A stretch of DNA of 44,333 bases from Nanobdellota archaeon (lineage in GTDB: Archaea; Nanobdellota; Nanobdellia; Pacearchaeales; GW2011-AR1): NCBI GenBank assembly GCA_038044985.1, contig JBBSYY010000013.1:1-44333 (forward strand), given 5' to 3'. The notes beneath the pieces were generated by a model. The model had not been told where the DNA came from. It made no database searches and saw nothing but the letters and a program-made list of their open reading frames with translations. This document shows positions 34,815 through 43,710 of this stretch, in pieces (positions within the stretch are counted from its first letter, which is position 1; every line of letters begins with the position of its first letter). Both the position numbers and the translations under genes were made by a program.

Positions 34815-37187
34815 CTATACAAACTCAACTCCAAACCCACCTTCTTTTATTTCTTTAGTGTTTGTAACATCTTTTAAATCTTCTGATAGGGGTTTTATTT
34901 TATTTTTTTCTGATTTAGGTAATGTTAAAACTATTTCAGAGTTCATTGGTTTTTTGGCAGTTGATTTTTCCTGCCTAACTTTAGTTAAAATATCTAAAAA
35001 TAAATCCAAGATTTCTGTTTTTTCCACAATTTTTTCTGAAATGGGCCATTTTGTTAAATGTATGCTTTTTTCCTTTTCTGTTTTTTTAAAATAGTTTTGA
35101 TAAATCTCTTCTGTTATAAATGGCATTATTGGAGCAATAAGTTTAAGAATTGTCAATAAGCTTTTGTAAAGAGTATATTGAGCCGACAATTTTTTATATC
35201 CTGTTTTGTTATAAATTCTTTTTTTAACTATCTCTAAATAATTATCACAAAAATCCCAGAAGAATTTTTCTATTTCTGTTTTTGCCTTTGAATAATCATA
35301 CTTTTCAAAACTATTTGTGCAGTTTTTAATTAAGTTATTTAATTTAATTAGAAATAATCTGTCAATTACTTCTAATTTAATTTTTGCTCTTTGCTCTTTG
35401 CTCTTTGTATTATGTTTGTAGTCTCTTAAATTCATAAACATAAATCTATTTGCATTCCATATTTTTGTAATAAACTTTTTTCCTGATATAAGGTCTTTTT
35501 CATTATAATCTAAATCTTCTCCTGGCTTAGAGCTGGCTGCCCAGAATCTTAAAGCATCTGCTCCGTATTCTTTGAAAATTTCTTGAGGCTCAATAACATT
35601 GCCTTTGCTTTTACTCATTTTTTTGCCTTCAAGAGTAACAAATCCAGAGACCATTATATTATTCCATGGAATCTTATTTTCATGATATAATGATTTAACT
35701 ATCGTGTAAAATGCCCAAGTTCTTATTAAGTCATGAGCTTGTGGTCTTAATGAATATGGAATTTCTATTTTTGCTGTTTTATTATTTTTTAATAATGAGC
35801 TTGCTATTTTAATTGCAATTTGTGGCGTTAAAGAAGAGGTAGCCCAGGTATCTAAAACTTTTTCTTCAGGTTTTGCTTGTTGATTGCATTTTGGACAGGG
35901 TTTTTTTATTTCTAATGGGTCAACAGGGAGTTCGTTTTCATTAGGCAAAATAATTTTATTACAAGATTTGCATTCCCAAACAGGAATAGGAACTCCAAAA
36001 TGTCTATCCCTTGAAATACTCCAATCCCATTCTATTCCTTTAACCCAATTTTCATATCTTTTAAACATGTAACTAGGATACCAATCAATTTTTTTGCTTT
36101 GATTAATTAATTTATTTTTTTTATCTAAAATTTTAATAAACCATTGTTCTGTTGGAATAAATTCAATTTCAGTTCCACATTTATCATGGACATTTATATT
36201 ATTGATTATTATTTTTTGTTCTGCAACCAATCCAGAATCTCTTAAATCTTCTAAAACTCTATTTCGAGCTTCTTTAATTTTTAGTCTTCCATATTCTTTT
36301 ATATTTAGTTTTCCATCTTTATCCAATAATATTTTTGGCGGTAATTTATGCCTATTAATTGCATCAACGTCATATTTATCTCCATAAGAACATATCATTA
36401 AAACTCCTGTTCCTTTTTTAATATCTGCACTAGAGTCATCTATTATTGGAACCTTATAGTTAAATAAAGGGACTGTTGCTTTTTTTCCAATAAAATGTTT
36501 ATATCTTTCATCTCTGGGATTAATAAAAACTGCTACGCAAGCAGGAAGTAGTTCTGGTCTTGTTGTCGCTATTAATAAATCTTCATTATTAACTTTAAAT
36601 TTAATGGTTGAGAACAAACTTTCTTGTTTTTTATCTTCTAATTCTGCTTGTGCAATTGCCGTCTGGCATTCAGGACACCATAATGTTGGAAATTCTTTTT
36701 TATAAATAAACTTCTTCTTATATAATTCTAGAAAGGATTTTTGAGATAGCTTGATTGAATTTTTGTCAATTGTTGAATAATAAAGATTATAGTCGCAGCT
36801 TATCCCTAAATTCTTCCAATCTTGTATAAAATCAGGGGTTATTTCTTTTATGGTTTCAAGACATAATTTTACGAATTCATTTCTTGACATTTCTTTGCTT
36901 TTAACATTTTTAAGTCGTTCAATTAGTCTTTCAGTAGGGAGGCCATTATCGTCTGTTCCAAAAGGATAAAATACATTTTCTTTCATTCTTCTATAACGTG
37001 CTATAAAGTCTTGTTGAGAGTAAGAAAAAGCGTGTCCTATATGCATTTTTCCAGAGACGGTTGGTGGAGGAGTATCTATACTATAAATCTTGCCCCTCTT
37101 TGGATTAAATTTATAAATTTTATTAATCTTCCAAAACCCTAAGATTTTAGATTCTGTTTTTTGTGGGTCGTAATTTTTAGGGTCCAT
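34815..37187 (-). CDS. valS: valyl-tRNA synthetase
   Basis: PPPTVSGKMHIGHAFSY (HIGH region, archaeal ValRS style). KMSKSKGN (KMSKS). A zinc-type CP1 insertion (CPECQ, CKSCNK, CPKCNQ). Confidence 0.88.
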   Translation of the reverse strand: MDPKNYDPQKTESKILGFWKINKIYKFNPKRGKIYSIDTPPPTVSGKMHIGHAFSYSQQDFIARYRRMKENVFYPFGTDDNGLPTERLIERLKNVKSKEMSRNEFVKLCLETIKEITPDFIQDWKNLGISCDYNLYYSTIDKNSIKLSQKSFLELYKKKFIYKKEFPTLWCPECQTAIAQAELEDKKQESLFSTIKFKVNNEDLLIATTRPELLPACVAVFINPRDERYKHFIGKKATVPLFNYKVPIIDDSSADIKKGTGVLMICSYGDKYDVDAINRHKLPPKILLDKDGKLNIKEYGRLKIKEARNRVLEDLRDSGLVAEQKIIINNINVHDKCGTEIEFIPTEQWFIKILDKKNKLINQSKKIDWYPSYMFKRYENWVKGIEWDWSISRDRHFGVPIPVWECKSCNKIILPNENELPVDPLEIKKPCPKCNQQAKPEEKVLDTWATSSLTPQIAIKIASSLLKNNKTAKIEIPYSLRPQAHDLIRTWAFYTIVKSLYHENKIPWNNIMVSGFVTLEGKKMSKSKGNVIEPQEIFKEYGADALRFWAASSKPGEDLDYNEKDLISGKKFITKIWNANRFMFMNLRDYKHNTKSKEQRAKIKLEVIDRLFLIKLNNLIKNCTNSFEKYDYSKAKTEIEKFFWDFCDNYLEIVKKRIYNKTGYKKLSAQYTLYKSLLTILKLIAPIMPFITEEIYQNYFKKTEKEKSIHLTKWPISEKIVEKTEILDLFLDILTKVRQEKSTAKKPMNSEIVLTLPKSEKNKIKPLSEDLKDVTNTKEIKEGGFGVEFV

Positions 37188-37373
37188 TTTATTAGTTGGT
37201 TTCAGTAATTATGAGTTTTATTAATTTATATCTTAACAATAATGGTTTAAGTTATTGAGTTTATCTTAAGCCAGCTTCTTAGTGTTTATACTAGTTGTAT
37301 AGGTTTATATTATCAACCTAAGAATAATTATTTTTTAAAGTTAATCTTTTTTAGATTAGCGGGTAAGAAAAAA

Positions 37374-37841
37374 TCAAGCAGCCATTCCATAGCTGTTTCT
37401 TAAATTATAACCTGTTTTTGATGCTGCATAATCATCAGCCTGACTTTCACTCATAATCCCTAAAGAGTGAGCTTCTTCATGGTAATAAACAAATCTTTCA
37501 TCGTTTGGAGATAAATTATTAGCGAGATATATAGTATGAGTCGAAGGATCATACTGTCCAAGAACTTTCCATCCAACTCCAGAAGGCAGTTCTTGAGGAG
37601 AAACATAAATAACTCTTGCTTTGCTTTTTTGATTTATATTCTTATTTTTAGAGTGAAATTTACTATATTTTATTAAATTACTTTCTATAAAATCCTCCAA
37701 GTCTTCCCAAATCTCATTATTATTTTTGATATTTTTATTAATAATATCTTCAAGCAAATTTTCAAATGGGTCTTTAATAAGGTATCTTTCTTCAGAATTC
37801 TCAATTAAACTGATTAAAGAGTATTTTTTTATTTTTCGCAT
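37374..37841 (-). CDS. small HExxH (putative zinc metallopeptidase-like) protein
   Basis: YYHEEAHSLG (HExxH) near the C-terminus. The N-terminal part carries EIWEDLEDFIES, related to the N-terminus of 31891..32775. Confidence 0.5.
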   Translation of the reverse strand: MRKIKKYSLISLIENSEERYLIKDPFENLLEDIINKNIKNNNEIWEDLEDFIESNLIKYSKFHSKNKNINQKSKARVIYVSPQELPSGVGWKVLGQYDPSTHTIYLANNLSPNDERFVYYHEEAHSLGIMSESQADDYAASKTGYNLRNSYGMAA

Positions 37842-37946
37842 TTTTTATAATCAATAACTGATAGTATTTAAATTTTATTTTTCAAAAGTTAAATTTCAGT
37901 CAGTATAACCAAAGTTTGAGTAAATCTCCTGGTGATTATTAATATC

Positions 37947-38321
37947 TCAAAAAACCTCTTCTTCAATTTCTTCTTTTTCCTCAAAATTTTCTTCTGATAA
38001 GCTAGACTTTTCTAGATTTTTTGATTTTTGATTTATTATTTTCTTCTGGAAATTGTTTTCATTAAACGATCTTTGTGGCTGAGATTTTTTAGCAGATTCA
38101 TGCATTGATCTTAATTCAGATTCATCAATAGAATTAATTAATTCCTTAAATTCAGAAAAAGATTCTGCAGGAATTCTTGTTCCTGATTTCGTAAATCCAG
38201 TATATCTATCAGAACTTGTAAATTCTCTAATTGTTAAACCAATTCTTCCTCCAAAATCATCTATTCTAATAGCAATATCAGTATTCTCGTTTTTTCTGAT
38301 TTTCCCAATGTCTTTTTCCAT
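37947..38321 (-). CDS. PC4/YdbC-like ssDNA-binding domain protein with an acidic tail
   Basis: IAIRIDDFGGRIGLTIREFTSSDRYTGFTKSGTRIPAESFSEFKELI fits the PC4-like beta-sheet/helix pattern. This is a tentative call. Confidence 0.4.
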   Translation of the reverse strand: MEKDIGKIRKNENTDIAIRIDDFGGRIGLTIREFTSSDRYTGFTKSGTRIPAESFSEFKELINSIDESELRSMHESAKKSQPQRSFNENNFQKKIINQKSKNLEKSSLSEENFEEKEEIEEEVF

Positions 38322-38478
38322 TTTTATTGTTTTGTAGTTTATTCAGTATTGATAATTTAATAAGCTATGGCTTTCTTGCCTTGCGTAAGTCACCCTAATA
38401 TTTATGCTACTCATCATACTTGTTTGTTTAATAGATTTATTATTTTATCTGGATTGTTTATTACCTTTTGGATTTTAA

Positions 38479-38760
38479 TTATTTTCTGGCTTTTTGGTTT
38501 ATAAACCCATAGTTTTTAAATTCAAAAGTTTCGCATTTTATTTGCTCAATAACGCTATTCAAACCACCATATTCTTCAACAGACTCATTTTTTAAAATAA
38601 TTATCTCTTTAGGAGCTTCAATGCAATCTATTGCATAATATCCTTGACTACTTATTCCAATATACTCTTTTTTTATTCCAATATAATCCCCTTTTTTTAG
38701 CTCACCAACTACAAAAAAGAAATATTCTCCATCATTTCTTCTTTTAACTCTTAATACCAT
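38479..38760 (-). CDS. hypothetical protein (93 aa)
   Basis: Stop-free ORF with an ATG start. No motif recognised. Confidence 0.45.
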   Translation of the reverse strand: MVLRVKRRNDGEYFFFVVGELKKGDYIGIKKEYIGISSQGYYAIDCIEAPKEIIILKNESVEEYGGLNSVIEQIKCETFEFKNYGFINQKARK

Positions 38761-39052
38761 CTTTTATTATACGATAAAAAGAAAAGGAGTTTATTAAGTT
38801 TTGTATGTTTTATTTTTAATAATTAGGTAATAGACATAATAACCTCTAAATTAATATAATTTGATGAATAAAGGACTAGTAATTTTTTTGACGATATATC
38901 TAATTTTCATGCAATTCAGTTTCATACAATTTGGATATAGTTTATCTTCAAAATAGTTTTCTGATAAGCGAAACAAAAATATAGAAAGGTTTTTAAATAG
39001 GCTTTTTTTAGATTAAACAAAACTTAAAGATTTTTATTCTATAGAGGATAAG

Positions 39053-39493
39053 ATGGCAACCAAAAAAAAAATTGGGTTAGATAAACTGAAAAAAGGAATT
39101 TTTTTAGTAGTTAGTTTAGGAATTATTTTTGATACTAAAACAAGAAAAATTTTAATTGCTAGAAGAGATGGTGACCCCCATATAAAAAATCTTAGATGGG
39201 GTTTTCCAGGGGGAAGACCTAAATATGGAAAAGATTTAGAGAGAGATTTAGAAAGAGTAATAAACGCAAGGACGGGATTGAGAGTTAAGAATCTAGGAGC
39301 TATTTTTTCAAGAGTTCTGGAAGAAAATAAAAAAATCTTATTAATTTATTATTTGTGTGAAGTTGTTGGAGGAAAAGAAAAAGCTGGCGAAGATTTTATT
39401 GAATTAAAATGGGTTAAACCAAAAGATTTACAAGAACATTTCACGACTTCTTTTGACAAAAGGTTAAAAGAGTATATTTTTAATTTGAAATGA
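39053..39493 (+). CDS. Nudix-fold protein with a degenerate Nudix box
   Basis: GFPGGRPKYGKDLERDLERVINARTGL aligns to G-x5-E-x7-R-E-U-x-E-E-x-G-U. The scaffold G, R, U, G and U are kept, but all four Glu positions are replaced (K, V, A, R). Confidence 0.65.
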   Translation: MATKKKIGLDKLKKGIFLVVSLGIIFDTKTRKILIARRDGDPHIKNLRWGFPGGRPKYGKDLERDLERVINARTGLRVKNLGAIFSRVLEENKKILLIYYLCEVVGGKEKAGEDFIELKWVKPKDLQEHFTTSFDKRLKEYIFNLK

Positions 39494-39629
39494 TTTTTAT
39501 AACAGCACCAACCCAACTTAGTTTTCAAACTTTTTATATATTTTTAGCTATATATTAGTGCATATATATTTTTTAAAACCAGCCCTGTTTACTAAGTCAA
39601 GATTTAATAAATAAAGCTGGTTATAAAAA

Positions 39630-40442
39630 ATGAGCCTATTTTCAATTTTTGGCAAAAGCAATACTGTTTATTTTCCTTGTTGTATAACTTATTTCAAATT
39701 TAGAGAAGGATTTGAACTCTATAAAAATATTTTTTCTAAATTAGGAATTAGTTTCGGAATTTTAGATAAACAGAACTGTTGCGGATTAGAAGCGTTAGAA
39801 GCTGGTTATGATATTGAGGCAAGAATGCTAGCTAGAAAAAATTTTGATGTTTTTAAAGAAAAGAAAATTAATAGCATTATAACAAATTCTCCAGACTGTT
39901 ATAAAATGTTTTTACAAAATTATCCAGAGCTTTTGCCTGACTGGAATATAAAAGTTATAAATTTATGGAAATTAATTTTAGAAAAATTAAAAGATAGTAG
40001 GTTAATTAAAAATAAAGCAATAGAAATAGTTACTTATAATGATAATTGTTATCTAGGAAGGTATTGTAATATTTATGAGGAACCGAGAGAAATTCTAAGA
40101 CTTCTTGGTTATGAAATAAAAGAATTGGATAATTCTAAAGAAAATAGTTTTTGTTGTGGAAGTTGTGGAGGATTACCGAGAATTAACCAAGAGCTTGCGA
40201 ATAAGATTGCAAAAGAGAAAATTTTGCAAGCGAAAAGAGTAAATGTAAAAAAAATGATAGTTATTGGTTTTGATAGTTATGATTTATTAAAAAATAATTC
40301 TCAATTAATGCCGCAAGGAAAAGAAATAGAAATTTTAGAGTTTTCAGACGTTTTAGGAAATGCTTTAGGAATTAAAACTTCATCTAAATTGACCGAAAAA
40401 CTAAAAGAAGAGTTTATCAAGCAAGAACAGTTTAAATCCTGA
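39630..40442 (+). CDS. CCG-domain (cysteine-rich) oxidoreductase subunit, GlcF/HdrB/LutA-like
   Basis: Two CCG-type motifs: NCCGLEALEAG and SFCCGSCGG. Confidence 0.7.
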   Translation: MSLFSIFGKSNTVYFPCCITYFKFREGFELYKNIFSKLGISFGILDKQNCCGLEALEAGYDIEARMLARKNFDVFKEKKINSIITNSPDCYKMFLQNYPELLPDWNIKVINLWKLILEKLKDSRLIKNKAIEIVTYNDNCYLGRYCNIYEEPREILRLLGYEIKELDNSKENSFCCGSCGGLPRINQELANKIAKEKILQAKRVNVKKMIVIGFDSYDLLKNNSQLMPQGKEIEILEFSDVLGNALGIKTSSKLTEKLKEEFIKQEQFKS

Positions 40443-40487
40443 ACTAAATTAATATTACCAATTAAATAAATCCTGAAAAGATAAAAA

Positions 40488-41993
40488 ATGAACCAAGAAT
40501 TAATTTGTTATAATACTGATGGCTCAAGGATAATTGGAAATGCATTGAAAGTAGTTTTTCCAGAAAATGTAGAAGAAATTAAAAAAGTTGTTTTTAATAA
40601 TCAGAATATTGTTCCAAGAGGAAGCGGAAGTAATTTTGTTGGCTCCTGTGTTCCTAATAATTCTGTTGTAATTGACATGAAAAAAATGAATAAAGTAAGC
40701 TTTGAAAATGGCAAGGTTTATGCAGAGTCAGGAGTTACAATGAAAGAATTAAATGAAAAACTAAAATCCGTTGATTTTGAATTTCCAGTTTTTTCAAACG
40801 AAGAAAGAACAATTGGAGGGATGATTGCTATGAACTCTAACGGTTACTTAGGAAGATATGGAAATATTAAAGAATGGATCGAAGAAATTGAGCTAGTAAA
40901 TGGGAAAGGGGAGGTAGTTAAAATAGGAAAAGCGGATTTATCAGATGTATGTGGTATGGAAGGTATAACTGGTATAATTACAAAAGCTAGATTAAAAGCA
41001 ATTTATTTACAAAAAAGAAGCGCTTCTATTTTTCAGGCAGAAACACTTGAAGATATTTGGTCAATTGCTAGAAGATTAAAATTACAAGAAGATGTTGTTA
41101 TGTTGAGGTTTTACTCTAAATCTGTTTCAAAATTAATGGGTTTTTCTCAAAAATATCACCTTTTTGTAGGATTTAATTCTGAAAGAGGCAAAATTAAAGG
41201 TGAAGACTATAATAATATTCTAAAAAACATAAAAAAAGAATATTACTATCTTTCAGCTCAAGGATATTATGATACAGACGATGTAAAATTCTTTTTTGAT
41301 AAGATAAAAGGGTTTGTTTCTTTTTTGGAAGAGCTTAAAGTCCTTTATTTTAGCGATTTATCTAGCGGCAGCATATATCTTTTTTTTATAGAGCAGGACA
41401 TTAATAAACAAAATGTTTTAAAAATGATTCAAAGAATGGGTGGAAGGCCTGGAAGTTATGGGACTGGAATAAAAAGAAAAAATATTTTAGATAATATACA
41501 GAAAAAAATAATACAAAGAATAAAGTCAAGATATGATCCACATGGAAAACTAAATCAAGGTAAGTTAATCGACTTTCTAGCTGGAGCGAAAGAAAAAAAT
41601 TGGTTTAAAAAGGAAATTAATAATGAGGTTAAAGAAGAAAGAAGCATAGAGGAAGATGCTGGTAAAATGGAAGACAATTATTCTAGAGAAGGATTTGTAG
41701 AAGAAAAATTAGAAAAATCTAAAGAAGATCTGGAAATTGAAAAAAAAGAAATTGAAAAGAAAAATGAAGAATTGATTGAAAGGAAGGAAGAGCTTATGAA
41801 AGAACCAGCTATTAAATACAAGGAATTTGAAATAGTAACTGAACCAGGGGCTGGAAAAGTTAAAATTAGCGATAATCTTCGAAGGAAAGCTATTATTTCA
41901 GAAAATGAAAAAGAGCTAATAAACAAGATTATGTTTAATAAATTAGACAACAAAGAGGATAGTAAAAAAGAACAAGAAAATAAAAATGGTTAG
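40488..41993 (+). CDS. FAD-binding (PCMH-type, GlcD-like) oxidase with a Glu/Lys-rich C-terminal tail
   Basis: VVFPENVEEIKKVV...IVPRGSGSNFVGSCVP is typical of the FAD_binding_4 domain. The last 130 aa or so are charged low complexity. Confidence 0.7.
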   Translation: MNQELICYNTDGSRIIGNALKVVFPENVEEIKKVVFNNQNIVPRGSGSNFVGSCVPNNSVVIDMKKMNKVSFENGKVYAESGVTMKELNEKLKSVDFEFPVFSNEERTIGGMIAMNSNGYLGRYGNIKEWIEEIELVNGKGEVVKIGKADLSDVCGMEGITGIITKARLKAIYLQKRSASIFQAETLEDIWSIARRLKLQEDVVMLRFYSKSVSKLMGFSQKYHLFVGFNSERGKIKGEDYNNILKNIKKEYYYLSAQGYYDTDDVKFFFDKIKGFVSFLEELKVLYFSDLSSGSIYLFFIEQDINKQNVLKMIQRMGGRPGSYGTGIKRKNILDNIQKKIIQRIKSRYDPHGKLNQGKLIDFLAGAKEKNWFKKEINNEVKEERSIEEDAGKMEDNYSREGFVEEKLEKSKEDLEIEKKEIEKKNEELIERKEELMKEPAIKYKEFEIVTEPGAGKVKISDNLRRKAIISENEKELINKIMFNKLDNKEDSKKEQENKNG

Positions 41994-42291
41994 TTTATCT
42001 GATAATGAGATGAAAATCCTTGAAACATTGAGAAACATGAAAAGAGGAATCTCAGAGGCAGAGGTTCATATTGTAAATGAGCTGCTTGATAGTACTGGTC
42101 ACTGGTTAGGGTTTAATTATGAGTTAAAACATTGGCATCATATTAATGAAAAATTCGTATCTTCATATGGGGCTAGTTATTTTAATCAGGAATTGCACGA
42201 TATTATTAATAAGTTAGTATCTAAAGGATATATTGTTAGAAACCTTGATGATCCAATTAACATAAAATATCACAAAACCTTTGGTTTTTAA
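41986..42291 (+). CDS. hypothetical protein (101 aa); the last 8 codons and the stop lie in a repeat arm
   Basis: The ATG overlaps the upstream gene by 8 nt. The N-terminus (LSDNEMKILETLRNMKRGISEAEV) may be winged-helix-like. The C-terminal KYHKTFGF* is encoded by ATCACAAAACC-element sequence. Confidence 0.5.
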   Translation: MVSLSDNEMKILETLRNMKRGISEAEVHIVNELLDSTGHWLGFNYELKHWHHINEKFVSSYGASYFNQELHDIINKLVSKGYIVRNLDDPINIKYHKTFGF

Positions 42292-42379
42292 CCCACGCCC
42301 TTAGGCGCTGGTTTGTATTGGTTTTGTGATGCTAGAGAAATATCCTACCTTTAGGTAAGAGTTGGTAGGATATTTCTCT
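42269..42379. repeat. Nested-hairpin repeat mosaic (locus 11): modules I + IV
   Basis: ATCACAAAACC(42269-)/GGTTTTGTGAT(-42330) encloses CCCACGCC-CTTA-GGCGCTGG+TTTGTATT. AGAGAAATATCCTACC(42334-)/GGTAGGATATTTCTCT(-42379), a 16-bp stem, has an internal TACC-TTTA-GGTA. Confidence 0.9.
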
Positions 42380-42393
42380 AAGTTTAATAAAAG

Positions 42394-42732
42394 ATGAAAA
42401 TTGAAGAGCATAATTTAAAAGAAGAGATAGGAGAAATTGTTGACAAAGCAGTTAAAATAGGCGTAGTTAATGAAAATTGTGGCGTTTTTAGGATTATGAG
42501 GCAGGAAAATTATTCTCCAAGAGGAAAGGCAGTAATGCTTAATAGCGGTTTTTATGAAAAAATTTTATATGAGTGTAATTTGTGCAAGGCCTGTGAGTTT
42601 AATAACAATTTATGCACCGCTTTTCTTAAAGCAAGGCAAGTTCTAGTTTTACAGAAAAAAGAAAATCCAAAAAATAAAAAGATGATTGAAAATTTGAGGA
42701 GAACCGGAAATATTTATGGGATAAAAGAGTAG
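42394..42732 (+). CDS. GlcF N-terminal-like Fe-S domain protein (one cluster motif degenerate)
   Basis: SPRGK plus CNLCKACEFNNNLC (CxxCxxC...C). The expected first cluster position (VNENCGVFRIM) has lost its cysteines. Confidence 0.5.
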   Translation: MKIEEHNLKEEIGEIVDKAVKIGVVNENCGVFRIMRQENYSPRGKAVMLNSGFYEKILYECNLCKACEFNNNLCTAFLKARQVLVLQKKENPKNKKMIENLRRTGNIYGIKE

Positions 42733-42836
42733 TAAACTTCAAATCTTAACATCAAAACACCTCTTAATATACTCAGATAATTCGTTAAACCAAATCTCTG
42801 CTAACTAATTTTATTAGTTATTAATAATAACTAATT

Positions 42837-43145
42837 CTAATCCTTCATTTCTATCTTAATGTTTATGTTTCTTGGGATATAGAGCCTCATTATAGCATGC
42901 AAAACTCGGTCATCAGCGGAAATATCAATAATTCTTGAATGAATTCTCATTTCATAGTTATCAAAAGTAGCTGTTCCGTTTCCGCATGGAGATTTTCTTG
43001 TAGTTATTCTAAGTCTTTTTGTTGGTAAAGGTATGGGTCCGCTTATTGGAACTCCAAGTTTGCTTGCTATTTCTTTTATTTGATAGCAGAGATTATTCAA
43101 ATCTTCAATCTTCATGCTTTTTAGTTTTATTCTTACTTTTGACAT
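42837..43145 (-). CDS. rps10: 30S ribosomal protein S10 (uS10)
   Basis: RIKLKS...ISGPIPLPTKRLRITTRKSPCGNGTATFDNYEMRIHSRIIDI is the canonical uS10 pattern. Confidence 0.92.
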   Translation of the reverse strand: MSKVRIKLKSMKIEDLNNLCYQIKEIASKLGVPISGPIPLPTKRLRITTRKSPCGNGTATFDNYEMRIHSRIIDISADDRVLHAIMRLYIPRNINIKIEMKD

Positions 43146-43515
43146 TTTTTATTATATTTACTAGAATTAATTGAAAAAATAGATTTAAATATGTTGCTAT
43201 GAATTTAAAGATAATGGAAAGTTTAAATAAAAAATAAGATCCATTTAATAAAAAATAGATAGGAAGAAGTTTTTGAATAATTCAGTTTTTTATTATTAGC
43301 ACATGTTTCTAGTTTTTTACCCCACCTTAAAAACATCTTTTACATAATGTATATTAAATGATATATAAAGATTTATAAATGAAAGATCTTAATAAAAATG
43401 TAGTATAGAATTAGAGCATACAAATAGTAGAATGATCTAGCTTTAATAATTGGAAATTACTAGAATAAAACAAAATAAATTAATAAATCAAAGATGATAA
43501 AAATGTTAACTCATA

Positions 43516-43640
43516 AAATCAAAAAATCCTTGAGTATTACCACACCTTAAAAGGCGTGGTTTGTTTTAGGATTTTTGGATGCTCAGAAATTCGAAACACA
43601 TCCTAAAGGATGTGGTTTTAAACTGTTGAGAATTTCTGAC
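43516..43640. repeat. Nested-hairpin composite element E2
   Basis: Same sequence and orientation as 31702-31826. I see about two mismatches over 125 nt (AAAAAGTCC versus AAAAAATCC; CTGAGA versus CTGACA). Confidence 0.9.
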
Positions 43641-43710
43641 ATAATCAAAAAAGTCCAACCCAAGCTCTATAAGTTTATAAATTACCAAAAATAAAATAAT
43701 CAATAATAAA

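Noticed and set aside
34468-35094. ORFs 34468..34791(-) and 34735..35094(+).
   Set aside because: The first lies over the RM relic and gap sequence and has a basic low-complexity translation. The second is antisense to the valS 3' end. Neither has motifs or a convincing start context.
35385-35405. A 7-nt unit TGCTCTT repeated three times inside valS.
   Set aside because: The total length is 21 nt, so the frame is preserved (it encodes part of ...TKSKEQRAK...). It lies in a variable region. It is a possible slippage-prone spot, but nothing suggests function.
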